Positions 41,014 through 51,023 of a DNA stretch of 64,000 nt are shown here, in pieces; position 1 is the first letter of the stretch; each line of letters opens with the position of its first letter. The position numbers were made by a program, and so were the translations under genes. The stretch lies in assembly GCA_964512925.1 (NCBI GenBank), contig CAZEKH010000001.1, positions 136,226 through 200,225 on the forward strand. Direction: 5' to 3'. Source of the stretch: an uncultured Candidatus Saccharibacteria bacterium (lineage in GTDB: Bacteria > Patescibacteriota > Doudnabacteria > UBA920). A model generated the notes under the pieces. That model was not told where the DNA came from, made no database searches, and saw only the letters and a list, made by a program, of their open reading frames with translations.

Positions 41014-42975
41014 TTATAAACTCTTTTTTATAGTCTCTGCCAGTTTTTGCCCCACCACTTCAGCCAGTTCTTCCAATGATGAGTTTTTTATTTGGCTGAC
41101 TGTGCCGAATTTGGTTTTTAAGAGTTTTTTGGTTTTAGGCCCCACGCCCGGTATTTCGTCCAGCGCAGATTTAACGGCTTGCTTGCTTCTTAAGCTTCGG
41201 TGGAAAGTTATGCCAAACCTGTGGGCTTCGTCGCGAAGTCTTTGCAACATCTGAAGCCCGGGCTGATCGTGGCTTAAAACTATGGGAGTGGGATTGCCCG
41301 GTAAAAATATTTCCTCGATGCGTTTGGCCAAGCCGATCAAGGGTATAGGGCTAAGGGCTAAGGGTATAGACTCTATTTTTTCCAGCGCAGCGGATAGTTG
41401 GCCTTTGCCCCCGTCTATCACTATCAAATCCGGTATGGGCCAGAACTCCCCCGGCTTCGCCACCCCCTCTTTGGCAAAGAGGGGGGAGGGGGAGTTCGTC
41501 TGATTTACTGATCCACTGACCAAATGTCCCGACTTGGCTAGTCTTCTGCTTAGCATTTCCTGCATCATCTGGAAATCGTCCGGCGTGTCTTTTGTGCGGA
41601 TTTTAAATTTTCGGTATTCGGATTTTTTAGGCATTCCGCCCTCAAACACCACCATACTCCCGACCGCGTTAGTGCCCTGGGTGTTGGAGATGTCGTAACA
41701 TTCTATCCGCCTTGGGATATTTTTCAAATTCAAAACTTCTTTGAGTTGCTCCAATCCTGCATTTATCCTATCTAGCATAAAGGCTTCGGAAGACTGTTTT
41801 TGTTTGAGAAATTCCAAAGCGTTTTCTTCGGCTATTTTCCAGAGTTTTTGCGGTTGTTTTTGAATTGCTAAATTGATTTTAATAGTTTTGCCTGAGCGTT
41901 CTTTTAGTAAAGCTTCTAGAAGGTTTTGATTTTCAATTTTAGTTCCAGTATAAATTTTTTTCGGAAAATCCGAAGTCTTACTATAATAGTCCTCTAAAAA
42001 CCTTTGCAGCCCAGTTTCTTCCCCCCTTAAGATAAGGGGGGACTGAGGGGGGTTATGATGCAGAGTGGATTTGTAGACATTTGTAAATTTGTCTTTCATT
42101 TGTATATTTGAATTTTTGTAGACAAAATTTTCCTTATCTGCCAGTTTTCCTTGCCTGACTTTCAGTAGACTAAAAGAGATCTCCCCATTTGCTTGGCTTT
42201 GCCCGACAACATCCCAGGAAACTTTTTTAGGCATAATCACATTTTGCTTTTGTTCCAGAGATTCTAGGGATTTGATTTGGTTTCTAAGGCGCGCGGCTTT
42301 TTCAAAAAGTTTTTTAGCCGCGGCTTTTTGCATTTCTCTGGCAATTTCTTTTTTTACGCCTATTATGTCGCCTTGTAAAAATTTTTTAATTTTATCGAGA
42401 TGTTTTGCGTATTCTTCAAGGGTTATTGAGCCTATGCACACACCAGGGCAGCGGTGCAGATGAAAGTAAAAGCAAGGTTTTTGGCCAATTTTCTCATTGG
42501 CGCAATAGGAAAAGATGTAGCGGACAGTTTTAAGAATCTCTTTGGCTTTGTAAGCGGCGGAGTAGGGACCGAAAGAAGTAGGGCTAAGGGCTAAGGGTTT
42601 AGGGTGTAGGGATAGTTCAATATTTCTGGAAATGGTTATTTGGGGTATTTGTGTTGAGTAGTCAATGACAATAAACGCATAGCTCTTGTCGTCTTTTTGG
42701 AGGATGTTGTATTTGGGGCGGTATTTTTGGATCAGGGTTTGTTCCAGGTACAGGCTTTCAAGTTCAGTTGAAACTACTGTAAAGTCTAAGCTTTTTGCTT
42801 CCTGCATCAAGAAAGGAATTTGAGGTCTTTCATCTGTGCCACGGAAATACTGGCTAACTCGGTTTTTCAGGTCTTTGGCTTTACCCACATACAAAACCGC
42901 CCCGTCTTGGTCTTTGTAAATATAGACCCCGGGTTTTTTGGGGAGGCTTGGGAGGGTGAAACTTATTTTTTTCAT
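41014..42975 (-). CDS. uvrC: Excinuclease ABC subunit C
   Basis: PGVY..LYVGKAKDL.NRV, PKYN, RIECYDISN, PDLIVIDGGKGQL, RDEAHRF, HhH; start placed at MKKISF. Confidence 0.96.
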   Translation of the reverse strand: MKKISFTLPSLPKKPGVYIYKDQDGAVLYVGKAKDLKNRVSQYFRGTDERPQIPFLMQEAKSLDFTVVSTELESLYLEQTLIQKYRPKYNILQKDDKSYAFIVIDYSTQIPQITISRNIELSLHPKPLALSPTSFGPYSAAYKAKEILKTVRYIFSYCANEKIGQKPCFYFHLHRCPGVCIGSITLEEYAKHLDKIKKFLQGDIIGVKKEIAREMQKAAAKKLFEKAARLRNQIKSLESLEQKQNVIMPKKVSWDVVGQSQANGEISFSLLKVRQGKLADKENFVYKNSNIQMKDKFTNVYKSTLHHNPPQSPLILRGEETGLQRFLEDYYSKTSDFPKKIYTGTKIENQNLLEALLKERSGKTIKINLAIQKQPQKLWKIAEENALEFLKQKQSSEAFMLDRINAGLEQLKEVLNLKNIPRRIECYDISNTQGTNAVGSMVVFEGGMPKKSEYRKFKIRTKDTPDDFQMMQEMLSRRLAKSGHLVSGSVNQTNSPSPLFAKEGVAKPGEFWPIPDLIVIDGGKGQLSAALEKIESIPLALSPIPLIGLAKRIEEIFLPGNPTPIVLSHDQPGLQMLQRLRDEAHRFGITFHRSLRSKQAVKSALDEIPGVGPKTKKLLKTKFGTVSQIKNSSLEELAEVVGQKLAETIKKSL

Positions 42976-43100
42976 TTGTAGGTTTGAATTTGAGGTCATT
43001 GTCATTCCCGTGAAAACGGGAATCTTAATGAGTTTATTATACTTGTCCGTAACGCAGGTTGACAAATAAATTTGTAAATAGTATACAAAAGCGGGGAGGA

Positions 43101-43265
43101 TGGATGAAACTTACTGGTTGTGCAATTTGTTTCTTGGTCTCTATGCGTTTTTTGACCTGGTTACCCCAAGGCGATGGAGCCTGGGGAAAGGGATTGATTG
43201 GCTTGGCGGGAGTAGTATACTTGTTGGGAGGAGTGATGATTTGGCGCCTTCCAACACAGAAGTAG
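43101..43265 (+). CDS. Small membrane protein
   Basis: GGGGAGGA RBS, two hydrophobic segments; promoter TTGACA-17-TATACA at 43059; start approximate. Confidence 0.35.
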   Translation, partial: WMKLTGCAICFLVSMRFLTWLPQGDGAWGKGLIGLAGVVYLLGGVMIWRLPTQK

Positions 43266-43292
43266 TTTTTTGGGTTCCTTTGCGGCTGTTAT

Positions 43293-43529
43293 GTGCGCTT
43301 GGGATCCTTCTTTTTTTTGACAATTTTTCTGATTTCAATTATAAACCTTGTGGAGGTGGGGATGAAAGTGATTGTCGGGATTGGCCTTCTGATCGAAGGC
43401 TGTATATCGGTTGGATGCTTTGTGTGGTATCGAGGCATTGATCCGACCGCTTCGATACACTCTTTTGGACTTGCAATCGCAGGTTTGGTGGTGGGGTTTT
43501 GGGCTATGATGGATTGGATAAATGAATGA
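43293..43529 (+). CDS. Small membrane protein
   Basis: Hydrophobic ORF; internal GGAGGTG RBS before MKVIVG suggests the start may be at 43362. Confidence 0.35.
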   Translation: MRLGSFFFLTIFLISIINLVEVGMKVIVGIGLLIEGCISVGCFVWYRGIDPTASIHSFGLAIAGLVVGFWAMMDWINE

Positions 43530-43677
43530 AAAGGGGGTGGGAGACTATATCGGGCTTTAGGTGTGTTTACCCTAGGGCTCTTTTCATTTCTTGACATTTA
43601 TGGTAAACTTGCTATTACTTTGTGCTTAAAAATTATTTATGAATTTTTATTTTTGATATTTCAATTTTAAATTTTTT

Positions 43678-46584
43678 ATGGCTGATATCATTTCTATCCG
43701 CGGGGCGCGGATGCATAACTTAAAAAATATTGATGTAGATTTGCCTAGAAACAAGCTGGTGGTTTTAACCGGCCTGTCAGGCAGCGGCAAGTCGTCTTTG
43801 GCTTTTGACACCATCTATGCCGAAGGGCAGAGAAGGTATGTGGAAAGTTTGTCAGCTTATGCCAGACAGTTCATTGGTCTTATGGACAAGCCGGACGTGG
43901 ACAAAATAGAAGGTTTGTCCCCGGCAATTTCCATTGACCAAAAGTCCGCATCGCACAACCCTCGCTCTACTGTCGGAACCGTAACTGAAATTTATGACTA
44001 TATGAGGCTACTTTGGGCTCGTGTGGGAGTGCCTCATTGTCCGGTCTGCGGGAAAAAAATCCAAGGTCAAACTATCCAGGCAATGGCTGAGCAGCTTTTG
44101 GGTTTGGAAAAAGGCACAAGGCTGATGCTTTTGGCGCCTTTTATTAAAGATCAAAAAGGCGAACACCGGCATATATTTGAACAGATCAAAAAAGCCGGTT
44201 TTGCCCGCGTGCGTGTGGATGGCACAGTGATGGACTTAAACGAAGCCCAGGGTTTAAGCCTGGACAAGCAAAAAAAACATAATATAGAAGTGGTGGTGGA
44301 CCGCGTGGTGGTAGATCCGGCTGAACGGGGCAGACTCTCCGAGAGTCTGGAAAAGGCTGCGGATTTGGGCGATGGGATAGTTATAGCTTTGCGGGTTGCT
44401 GAAGAAACAAAACCTGACAGCAAGACGCGATCAACCTCTCCCCAGCCCTCCCCAAGTCTTGGGGAGGGAGGCTATAAGGAAATATTGCTCTCCCAAAAAT
44501 TCGCTTGTCCGGACGGACACATTCAGCTGTCTGAGCTGGACCCGAGGGATTTTTCTTTTAACAGCCCGCACGGAGCTTGTTCGGAGTGTAAGGGTTTGGG
44601 CACTAAGCTGACGGTGGAGCCGGATTTGGTTTTACCCAACCACCGGCTGACTTTGGCTGAAGGCGCTATCCGTCCCTGGAGCAAGACGACTTCCAGACAG
44701 TCCTGGTACTCGCGGATGCTGGAAGCCGTGGCCAAAGAATACGGTTTTTCCGTACACACTCCGGTGAAAGATTTGCCAAAAAAATATATTGATATTGTTT
44801 TGCACGGTTCAGGCGAGAAAAAAATCCGCATCTCCGGCGAGTTTAGGAGCGGCGACGGGGAGTTTGAGATGAACACGGTTTTTGAAGGCGTGGTGCCAAA
44901 CCTGGAGAGGCGGTACCGCGAGACTGACTCGGAATATATGCGCAGCGAAATAGAAAATTATATGCGCGTGCGCCAGTGTCAGGTTTGCCACGGCAAGCGC
45001 CTTAGGCTGGAAGTTTTGGCTGTGACCGTAGGCGGACAGGGGATAGTGGAGGTATCTGCTATGACTATAGACAAAGCCGCGGATTTTTTTGAAAAACTTT
45101 CCAAATCTTTGAGCGCCAAAGACAATCAGATTGCCAAACAAATTTTAAAGGAAATTTCCGCGCGTCTGTCTTTTTTGCTCAATGTTGGTTTGTCGTATTT
45201 GTCTTTGGACAGAACTGCGGATACTTTGTCCGGTGGGGAAGCCCAGCGCATCCGTTTGGCGACCCAGATCGGCAGCGGCCTGACCGGAGTTTTGTATATA
45301 TTGGACGAGCCATCTATCGGCCTGCATCAGCGCGACAACGGTAGACTCCTTAAAACATTGAAAGATTTAAGAGATTTGGGCAATACGGTGATAGTTGTAG
45401 AGCACGATGAGGAAACCATTCGCGAGGCGGATTGGGTGGTGGACATCGGACCAGGAGCCGGCAAGCACGGAGGCGAGCTGGTGGCGGAAGGTAAACCTTT
45501 GGATATTGAAAAAAATCCGAAAAGCATCACCGGGCAGTATTTGTCAGGAAAAGAATACATAGAAGTGCCGAAAAAAAGACGGCACGGCAACGGTAAAAAT
45601 ATTTCAGTTGTGGAAGCTTCTGAGTTTAACCTGAAAAATGTTACAGCCCAGATCCCGCTCGGCAAATTTGTCTGCGTAACCGGGGTGTCAGGTTCCGGCA
45701 AATCTACATTGATTTCTGACATTTTAGCCAGAGCGTTAAACAAACATTTTTGGGACAGCAAGGACGAACCAGGCAAGCATAAAAAGATCACGGGACTTGA
45801 ACACCTAGACAAAGTCATCAGCATTGACCAAAGCCCCATAGGCAGGACTCCGAGGTCAAACCCGGCTACTTACACCGGGCTGTTTACGCCGATCCGGGAG
45901 ATTTTTGCCGAAACCCGCGAAGCCAAGATGCGCGGCTATCAGGCTGGCAGGTTTAGTTTCAACGTCAAAGGCGGTCGTTGTGAGAAATGCGCCGGGGACG
46001 GGGTTTTGAAAGTCGAGATGAATTTTTTACCCGATGTCTATGTAACCTGCGAAGAGTGCAACGGCAAAAGGTATAACCGCCAGGCTTTGGAGATCCACTA
46101 TAAAGAAAAAACCATTTCCGATGTTTTGGAGATGACAGTTGACGAAGCAAAAACTTTTTTTGCAGCCGTGCCTGCCTTGCACAAAAAACTGGAAGTCTTG
46201 TCCCAGGTGGGCTTGGGCTATATGCGCCTGGGCCAGAACGCCACGACTTTGTCCGGCGGGGAAGCTCAGAGGATCAAACTTGCAACCGAACTGTCGCGCG
46301 CGTCTACCGGCCGCACTCTTTACCTTTTAGACGAGCCAACTACGGGCTTACATTTTGCGGACGTCAAACGTTTGATCCACGTTTTAAACAAACTGGTAGA
46401 CAAGGGCAACACTGTGGTGGTCATAGAACACAATCTGGATATGATCAAAACCGCGGATTGGCTTTTGGATATGGGTCCGGACGGGGGAGACAAGGGCGGA
46501 ACTATAGTTGCCGAAGGCACACCCGAAGATGTGGCAAAAGTCAAAGTTAGCTTTACCGGCCAATACCTAAAAAAGATTTTATAA
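43678..46584 (+). CDS. uvrA: Excinuclease ABC subunit A
   Basis: Two ABC modules ([29 protein letters not shown]) and Zn fingers. Confidence 0.98.
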   Translation: MADIISIRGARMHNLKNIDVDLPRNKLVVLTGLSGSGKSSLAFDTIYAEGQRRYVESLSAYARQFIGLMDKPDVDKIEGLSPAISIDQKSASHNPRSTVGTVTEIYDYMRLLWARVGVPHCPVCGKKIQGQTIQAMAEQLLGLEKGTRLMLLAPFIKDQKGEHRHIFEQIKKAGFARVRVDGTVMDLNEAQGLSLDKQKKHNIEVVVDRVVVDPAERGRLSESLEKAADLGDGIVIALRVAEETKPDSKTRSTSPQPSPSLGEGGYKEILLSQKFACPDGHIQLSELDPRDFSFNSPHGACSECKGLGTKLTVEPDLVLPNHRLTLAEGAIRPWSKTTSRQSWYSRMLEAVAKEYGFSVHTPVKDLPKKYIDIVLHGSGEKKIRISGEFRSGDGEFEMNTVFEGVVPNLERRYRETDSEYMRSEIENYMRVRQCQVCHGKRLRLEVLAVTVGGQGIVEVSAMTIDKAADFFEKLSKSLSAKDNQIAKQILKEISARLSFLLNVGLSYLSLDRTADTLSGGEAQRIRLATQIGSGLTGVLYILDEPSIGLHQRDNGRLLKTLKDLRDLGNTVIVVEHDEETIREADWVVDIGPGAGKHGGELVAEGKPLDIEKNPKSITGQYLSGKEYIEVPKKRRHGNGKNISVVEASEFNLKNVTAQIPLGKFVCVTGVSGSGKSTLISDILARALNKHFWDSKDEPGKHKKITGLEHLDKVISIDQSPIGRTPRSNPATYTGLFTPIREIFAETREAKMRGYQAGRFSFNVKGGRCEKCAGDGVLKVEMNFLPDVYVTCEECNGKRYNRQALEIHYKEKTISDVLEMTVDEAKTFFAAVPALHKKLEVLSQVGLGYMRLGQNATTLSGGEAQRIKLATELSRASTGRTLYLLDEPTTGLHFADVKRLIHVLNKLVDKGNTVVVIEHNLDMIKTADWLLDMGPDGGDKGGTIVAEGTPEDVAKVKVSFTGQYLKKIL

Positions 46585-46608
46585 CCCACACATTTTATTT
46601 TATGATAT

Positions 46609-46640
46609 AATACCTTCATACACGACTGTATGAAGGTATT
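46609..46640. repeat. Perfect palindrome, copy 1 (abuts a TGATATAAT -10 box)
   Basis: AATACCTTCATACA-CGAC-TGTATGAAGGTATT. Confidence 0.9.
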
Positions 46641-46657
46641 ATTAATATACCAACAAA

Positions 46658-47149
46658 ATGACAAAGCTATCTAAAAGAAAATTAGACCCTGAGCATTTTG
46701 GGCACTATATAAATAATCTATGGTCAGCTTTTACTCTGCTAACCAGCAAGGAAGATATACGGCTTTTGTTTAAAGATATTTTTACCCATACGGAATATAA
46801 AATGTTTGCAAAACGATTGGAGATTGCTCGCCGTCTTTTAATGCAGGAGAGTTACGAGCAAATAGAAAAAGCATTAAATGTTACATCAAGGACTATTACC
46901 TCCGTAAATAATGTTCTTTCAGAAAAAGGGGATGGTTTTAGAAAAGTTCATGAAAAGTTTGAAAGAATTGAGGATGCTTATTGGAAGAAACAAAAAGAGA
47001 TCACGAAAAATTTGGAAAATCCTTTTCGGAAGAAAGCTCAAAGGAAAACTGTGGGCGGGGCGTTGCTCAAAGCCGGCGCCATAGCTTTAGACAAAGTAAT
47101 CGTCAAAAAGATAAAAGAAAAATCTGCAAAAAAATATTTAGATATATGA
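46658..47149 (+). CDS. TrpR/YerC-YecD family HTH protein
   Basis: F.DIFT.TE..M.AKRLEIA..L....SYEQI...LNVTS.TI..V. Confidence 0.85.
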   Translation: MTKLSKRKLDPEHFGHYINNLWSAFTLLTSKEDIRLLFKDIFTHTEYKMFAKRLEIARRLLMQESYEQIEKALNVTSRTITSVNNVLSEKGDGFRKVHEKFERIEDAYWKKQKEITKNLENPFRKKAQRKTVGGALLKAGAIALDKVIVKKIKEKSAKKYLDI

Positions 47150-47181
47150 CACACCTTCATACACGACTGTATGAAGGTGTG
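47150..47181. repeat. Perfect palindrome, copy 2 (immediately after the stop codon)
   Basis: CACACCTTCATACA-CGAC-TGTATGAAGGTGTG; 26-bp core identical to copy 1. Confidence 0.9.
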
Positions 47182-47475
47182 GGTGGGGAAAGTGGGGGGT
47201 GGGTTGGTTTGTAGAATTGCCACAAAACTGACCAAATAAAGTTTGGATTTTAAATAATCCGCCTTAAATAAGGCGGATTATTTTTGCTATGGGGCTTGAT
47301 TTTTTTGAGGGTTTGTGTTAAAGTAACAAAGCTTTGAATGAGGAATCGACTAAACCTAAGGGTAAGGCCGATTTTTTGTTTGTTTGTCGCGGTGCAGGAG
47401 ATCTCGCACTACGGCAAAAAGCTGCGCCCGTCTCAAAAAGGCGGGTTAAGATTTCAGTTCACCAAGGAGAGGGAA

Positions 47476-48102
47476 ATGTCAGATTTTCGCAAGTTGTTTC
47501 TCGCGGCTTTCGCCGCGATTCTGATGTTCTGGGCGCCGCAGACTGCGTCGGCAGGTTTCGTGGACAATTTCGAATTGAACCCGAACGCTGGGGACGTGGG
47601 CGGTCTAGATGGTTCGAATACGATCTGGGTCGTCACGCCCACCCTGGACGTTGCGGGACCCATGTATGGAGGTCTCTCGTGCCACAGCGGCACGAGTTGT
47701 ATCGACATGGACGGCACTGGCCAGATGGCCGGCTCCCTCAAGACCATGTTCGCTACTATGGTTGGGGCGACTTACACCGCCAATTTCTGGATCGGGGGAA
47801 GTCAGCGCAACTTCCTTGGACCGGATGCGGTGACGGTGAATTTCGGGACCGCGATCCCACTGGTGGTCACGACGCCGCAAGGCGACACCAGCTGGACAAT
47901 GTACACAATGTCTTTCGTCGGTGATGGGAACAACCACTGGTTGGAATTTGTCGGTCAGGGAGCCGACAACGTCGGAGTGTTGCTGGACGACGTGGAACTG
48001 GCCGATAACTCGGTTCCGGAGCCCGCGACGTTCGCGTTGATCGGCGGAGGTCTGGTGCTTCTCGGCCTCAAACGCCGAGGTCGCAAGAACGCCAACAACT
48101 AG
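47476..48102 (+). CDS. PEP-CTERM sorting domain protein with a DUF642-like beta-sandwich
   Basis: RBS AAGGAGAGGG, signal peptide ASA, DNVGVLLDDV, VPEPATFALIGGGLVLLGLKRRGRK. Confidence 0.88.
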   Translation: MSDFRKLFLAAFAAILMFWAPQTASAGFVDNFELNPNAGDVGGLDGSNTIWVVTPTLDVAGPMYGGLSCHSGTSCIDMDGTGQMAGSLKTMFATMVGATYTANFWIGGSQRNFLGPDAVTVNFGTAIPLVVTTPQGDTSWTMYTMSFVGDGNNHWLEFVGQGADNVGVLLDDVELADNSVPEPATFALIGGGLVLLGLKRRGRKNANN

Positions 48103-48313
48103 TCCGCCCGCCCCGATGTCCATCGGGGCAGGCAAGGAGGACTAATCGCAATAAATTAGCCTGTTTCCCGCGTTCGGGCAGCAAGCAGGCTAATCGCTGT
48201 TTTTCGCACTCCCTAGCAGGACGGCGAAAAACACACGCAACAATGTTCGCTCGAGCCGCGACTCACTTCTGTGATCGCGGCTCTTTTCATTTGTATAATT
48301 TTTTACATACTAA

Positions 48314-49210
48314 TTAACTCCCCCAAGGCCCCCCGTCCGAACGCCCACGGCGGGCAGGCCTCTTTAAAAAAGAGGGGGGAATGAAGCGGGTAGGTTTGAA
48401 AAAGAGTGGAAAAAATATTACAGTCGTTGCAACCTCACCCCACCCCCTCTCCGATAGCGGAGAGGGGGAAGCGGATGCAAGATTCCAGCCGGAGTTTACC
48501 CCGATGAACATCGGGGCGGGAATGATACCTTTTCTATTTTTGTCATCCCCACATAACCGGGGATCTTGGTTTTTACCCTCTCCAATATGGGAGAGGGTGT
48601 CCCGATGAACATCGGGACGGGTGAGGTTTGAGCGATGGTGATAAAATATAAGTTGGTTTAATTTTCTAACATTGTTACCTCACCCCATCCCCCCGCCCGA
48701 ACGCCACAGGCGGGCAGGTCTCCCAAATGGGAGAGGGGGTAAAGAACGCATCATTCTCACCTAGTGGGAATGATATAGAAACGCGGAATGACGGAATATT
48801 TTTCCTATTTTCCCCAAGTTTCCCACATAGCTTTGCACAGGGGTTTTCCACTTTTGGGGGATAATTTTTGCTGTTTGTTGGGCTTTGACCAGAGGCAGGC
48901 TTTTGTGCCAAGATATAAAGACCACTTTTTACCCCCGTTAGAAGCAATCCGCCGTCAGGTGGATACCGAGCCTTTTTGTGCCCGGGCTTCTAACGGGGTG
49001 ATCTGGTTTGTGGGGACATTAACTCCCCCTGACCCCCTCTTTGAAAAAGAGGGGGAAATGAAAGGGGGTAGATTTGAAAAAGAGGGGAGAGGCTTAAAAT
49101 ATTACAATCATCGTAACCTCACCCCCCTACTTCGTTAAAACTTCGTAGGGCAAGCCAGCCCCCCGCCCGAACGCCCAAGCCGGGCAGGTCTCCGATAGCG
49201 GAGAGGGGAA
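48314..49210. repeat. Cluster of palindromic elements from several families
   Basis: CCCTCT/AGAGGG hairpins, GTCATCCCC and GGGAATGA hairpins, nested CCCGAACGCC..GGGCAGG inserts; CCCCGTTAGAAGC/GCTTCTAACGGGG IR at 48933-48998. Confidence 0.85.
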
Positions 49211-49224
49211 CTAATTTGATATCT

Positions 49225-50451
49225 ATGAATGAGCTGAAAATAAAAATTGAACAAGAGATTGTTAAAGCTTCCGGGATTTCTATCATCGGGCTTTTAAACG
49301 ACCTGGTGGAATACGCGGAAAGCCTCCGCGCTTCGGACATCCATATTGACCCGTACGAAAAAGATGTGCTGGTTCGTTTTCGCGTGGACGGGGTCTTGCA
49401 GGAGATATTCCGCTTGCCGAAAAATATCCATAGCGAAACAATCAGCCGCATCAAGATTTTGTGCGGCCTGAGGACTGACGAACATCAGGCGGCGCAGGAC
49501 GGACGCTTTCGGATGTTTTTTGATGTTGAAAAGAAAAAATTCATTGACGTCCGCGTGTCCGTGGTCCCAACTTACTTTGGCGAAAACGCGGTGATGCGTC
49601 TTTTGACTGACAAGGCCGAAGGTTTGTCTTTGGACGACTTGTATTTTTCCAAAGAAAACCAGAAAAAAATCCTTAAAGCCGCGCATAAGCCTTATGGGAT
49701 GATCTTAACTACCGGCCCTACGGGTTCGGGCAAAACCACCACGCTTTACGCGCTTATCAAGCTTTTACAGGGGCCAGAAATTTCTATCGTAACTATAGAA
49801 GACCCGATTGAGTACGCGATGCTGGGCATAGAGCAGATCCAGGTCAACTCCAGAACCAACTTAACTTTTGCCCAGGGACTTCGCGCCATCCTCAGGCAGG
49901 ACCCAAACATCATAATGGTTGGCGAAATCCGCGACTCAGAAACTGCCGGGATAGCGGTTAATACGGCGCTTACTGGACATTTGCTTTTGTCCACTCTTCA
50001 TACCAATGACCCGGCTACCACTCTGCCCAGGCTTTTGGATATGGGAATAGAGAGCTATCTGGTTGCCTCCACTGTTAACTTGGTTATCGGTCAGAGATTG
50101 GTTAGAAAAATTTGCGAGAGCTGCAGAGTAGTAAAAAAATTCACCCCTGCTGAAACCAAAAGTTTGTCCGAACATATCCCTTTAAAAATCTTAAAAAAAT
50201 TTAAACACTTCTATCAAGGTACCGGCTGCGATGAATGTAACAACACCGGGTATAAAGGCAGGGTGGCGCTGCACGAGGTGTTGGAAGTTGATGATCATAT
50301 CCGCGAGTTGATTTTGAAAAAAGCTTCCGCAACGGAGATCCGCCATCAGGCTTTTGAAAAAGGCACGGTGGCTATGGGAATGGATGGTCTTTTAAAAGCC
50401 GGGCAAGGCCTGACCACGGTGGAAGAGATACTCAGGATAAGCCATGAGTAG
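49225..50451 (+). CDS. Type IV pilus/T2SS assembly ATPase (PilB/GspE family, short N-terminus)
   Basis: ASDIHI.P, RFRVDG.L, GPTGSGKTTTLY, TIEDPIEY, LRQDP..IMVGEIRD, TGHLLLSTLHTN, tetra-Cys motif. Confidence 0.95.
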   Translation: MNELKIKIEQEIVKASGISIIGLLNDLVEYAESLRASDIHIDPYEKDVLVRFRVDGVLQEIFRLPKNIHSETISRIKILCGLRTDEHQAAQDGRFRMFFDVEKKKFIDVRVSVVPTYFGENAVMRLLTDKAEGLSLDDLYFSKENQKKILKAAHKPYGMILTTGPTGSGKTTTLYALIKLLQGPEISIVTIEDPIEYAMLGIEQIQVNSRTNLTFAQGLRAILRQDPNIIMVGEIRDSETAGIAVNTALTGHLLLSTLHTNDPATTLPRLLDMGIESYLVASTVNLVIGQRLVRKICESCRVVKKFTPAETKSLSEHIPLKILKKFKHFYQGTGCDECNNTGYKGRVALHEVLEVDDHIRELILKKASATEIRHQAFEKGTVAMGMDGLLKAGQGLTTVEEILRISHE

Positions 50452-50525
50452 AATTATTCTAATTAACCTAATTTCTAATTATTCTAAAATATTATTTTAT
50501 CCCCATAAGCAAAATTTTAATTTGC

Positions 50526-50895
50526 TGTCATCCCGGCCTTGAGCCGGGATCCAGGGTTATATGCAAAACGAATGTTATGTATACATCCTTGCAAACAAAA
50601 GAAACGGAACACTGTATGTGGGAGTGACCAATGACTTAATAAGAAGAGTTTATGAACATAAAAATGATTTAACAGAAGGCTTTACTAAAAAGTACCAGAT
50701 ACACACTTTAGTCTATTTTGAAAATACAGGAAATATAGAAAGCGCAATAAAAAGAGAAAAACAGTTAAAAAGATGGCAAAGACAATGGAAAATATCCCTT
50801 ATTGAAAAACAAAATCCGCAGTGGAATGAGTTATACTCTAACTTGACTTAACCCTGGATCCCGGATATCCGCCTAAGGCGGATTCCGGGATGACA
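50526..50895. mobile_element. GIY-YIG gene bracketed by inverted GTCATCCCGG palindromes
   Basis: Left end TGTCATCCCGG..CCGGGATCCAGGGTTA; right end TAACCCTGGATCCCGG..CCGGGATGACA; stop codon lies inside the right end. Confidence 0.8.
50561..50851 (+). CDS. Small GIY-YIG nuclease
   Basis: YVYILANKRNGTLYVGVTNDL.RRVYEHK, GFTKKY..LVYFE, AIKREKQLK.W.R.WK..LIE..NP.W. Confidence 0.93.
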   Translation: MQNECYVYILANKRNGTLYVGVTNDLIRRVYEHKNDLTEGFTKKYQIHTLVYFENTGNIESAIKREKQLKRWQRQWKISLIEKQNPQWNELYSNLT

Positions 50896-51023
50896 AAATC
50901 TATTTAGCTAAAGCCCTATATTTGATTGGAGTTTATAACCACTTATTTAGAATAATTAGGTTAATTACCTACCCGAATGCCAAGTAAAGCGTGGTAGGCG
51001 GGGAAATTAGAATAATTTAACCC

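Noticed and set aside
42976-43065. N-terminal extensions of uvrC, and likewise of valS, rnj, the EamA gene and the PEP-CTERM gene, in the ORF track
   Set aside because: The extensions run through repeats, promoters or upstream genes; downstream starts fit the families better. The GTCAT hairpin at 43000 was therefore not counted as an in-frame insertion.
48808-48866. DnaA-box-like cluster (also near 59113-59150) as oriC
   Set aside because: Most matches have two or more mismatches to TTATCCACA, and there is no dnaA or dnaN nearby.
48381-49138. ORFs 48314..48511, 48381..48608, 48675..48947 and 48788..49138
   Set aside because: They are translations of palindromic repeats (SPSPLSERG-type peptides) with no RBS or domain. 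The same applies to 55741..56031, 55802..56026, 58761..58964 and 58973..59197.
48314-49210. Repeat cluster as a CRISPR array
   Set aside because: The units are heterogeneous palindromes in mixed orientation, with no constant repeat-spacer period and no cas genes.
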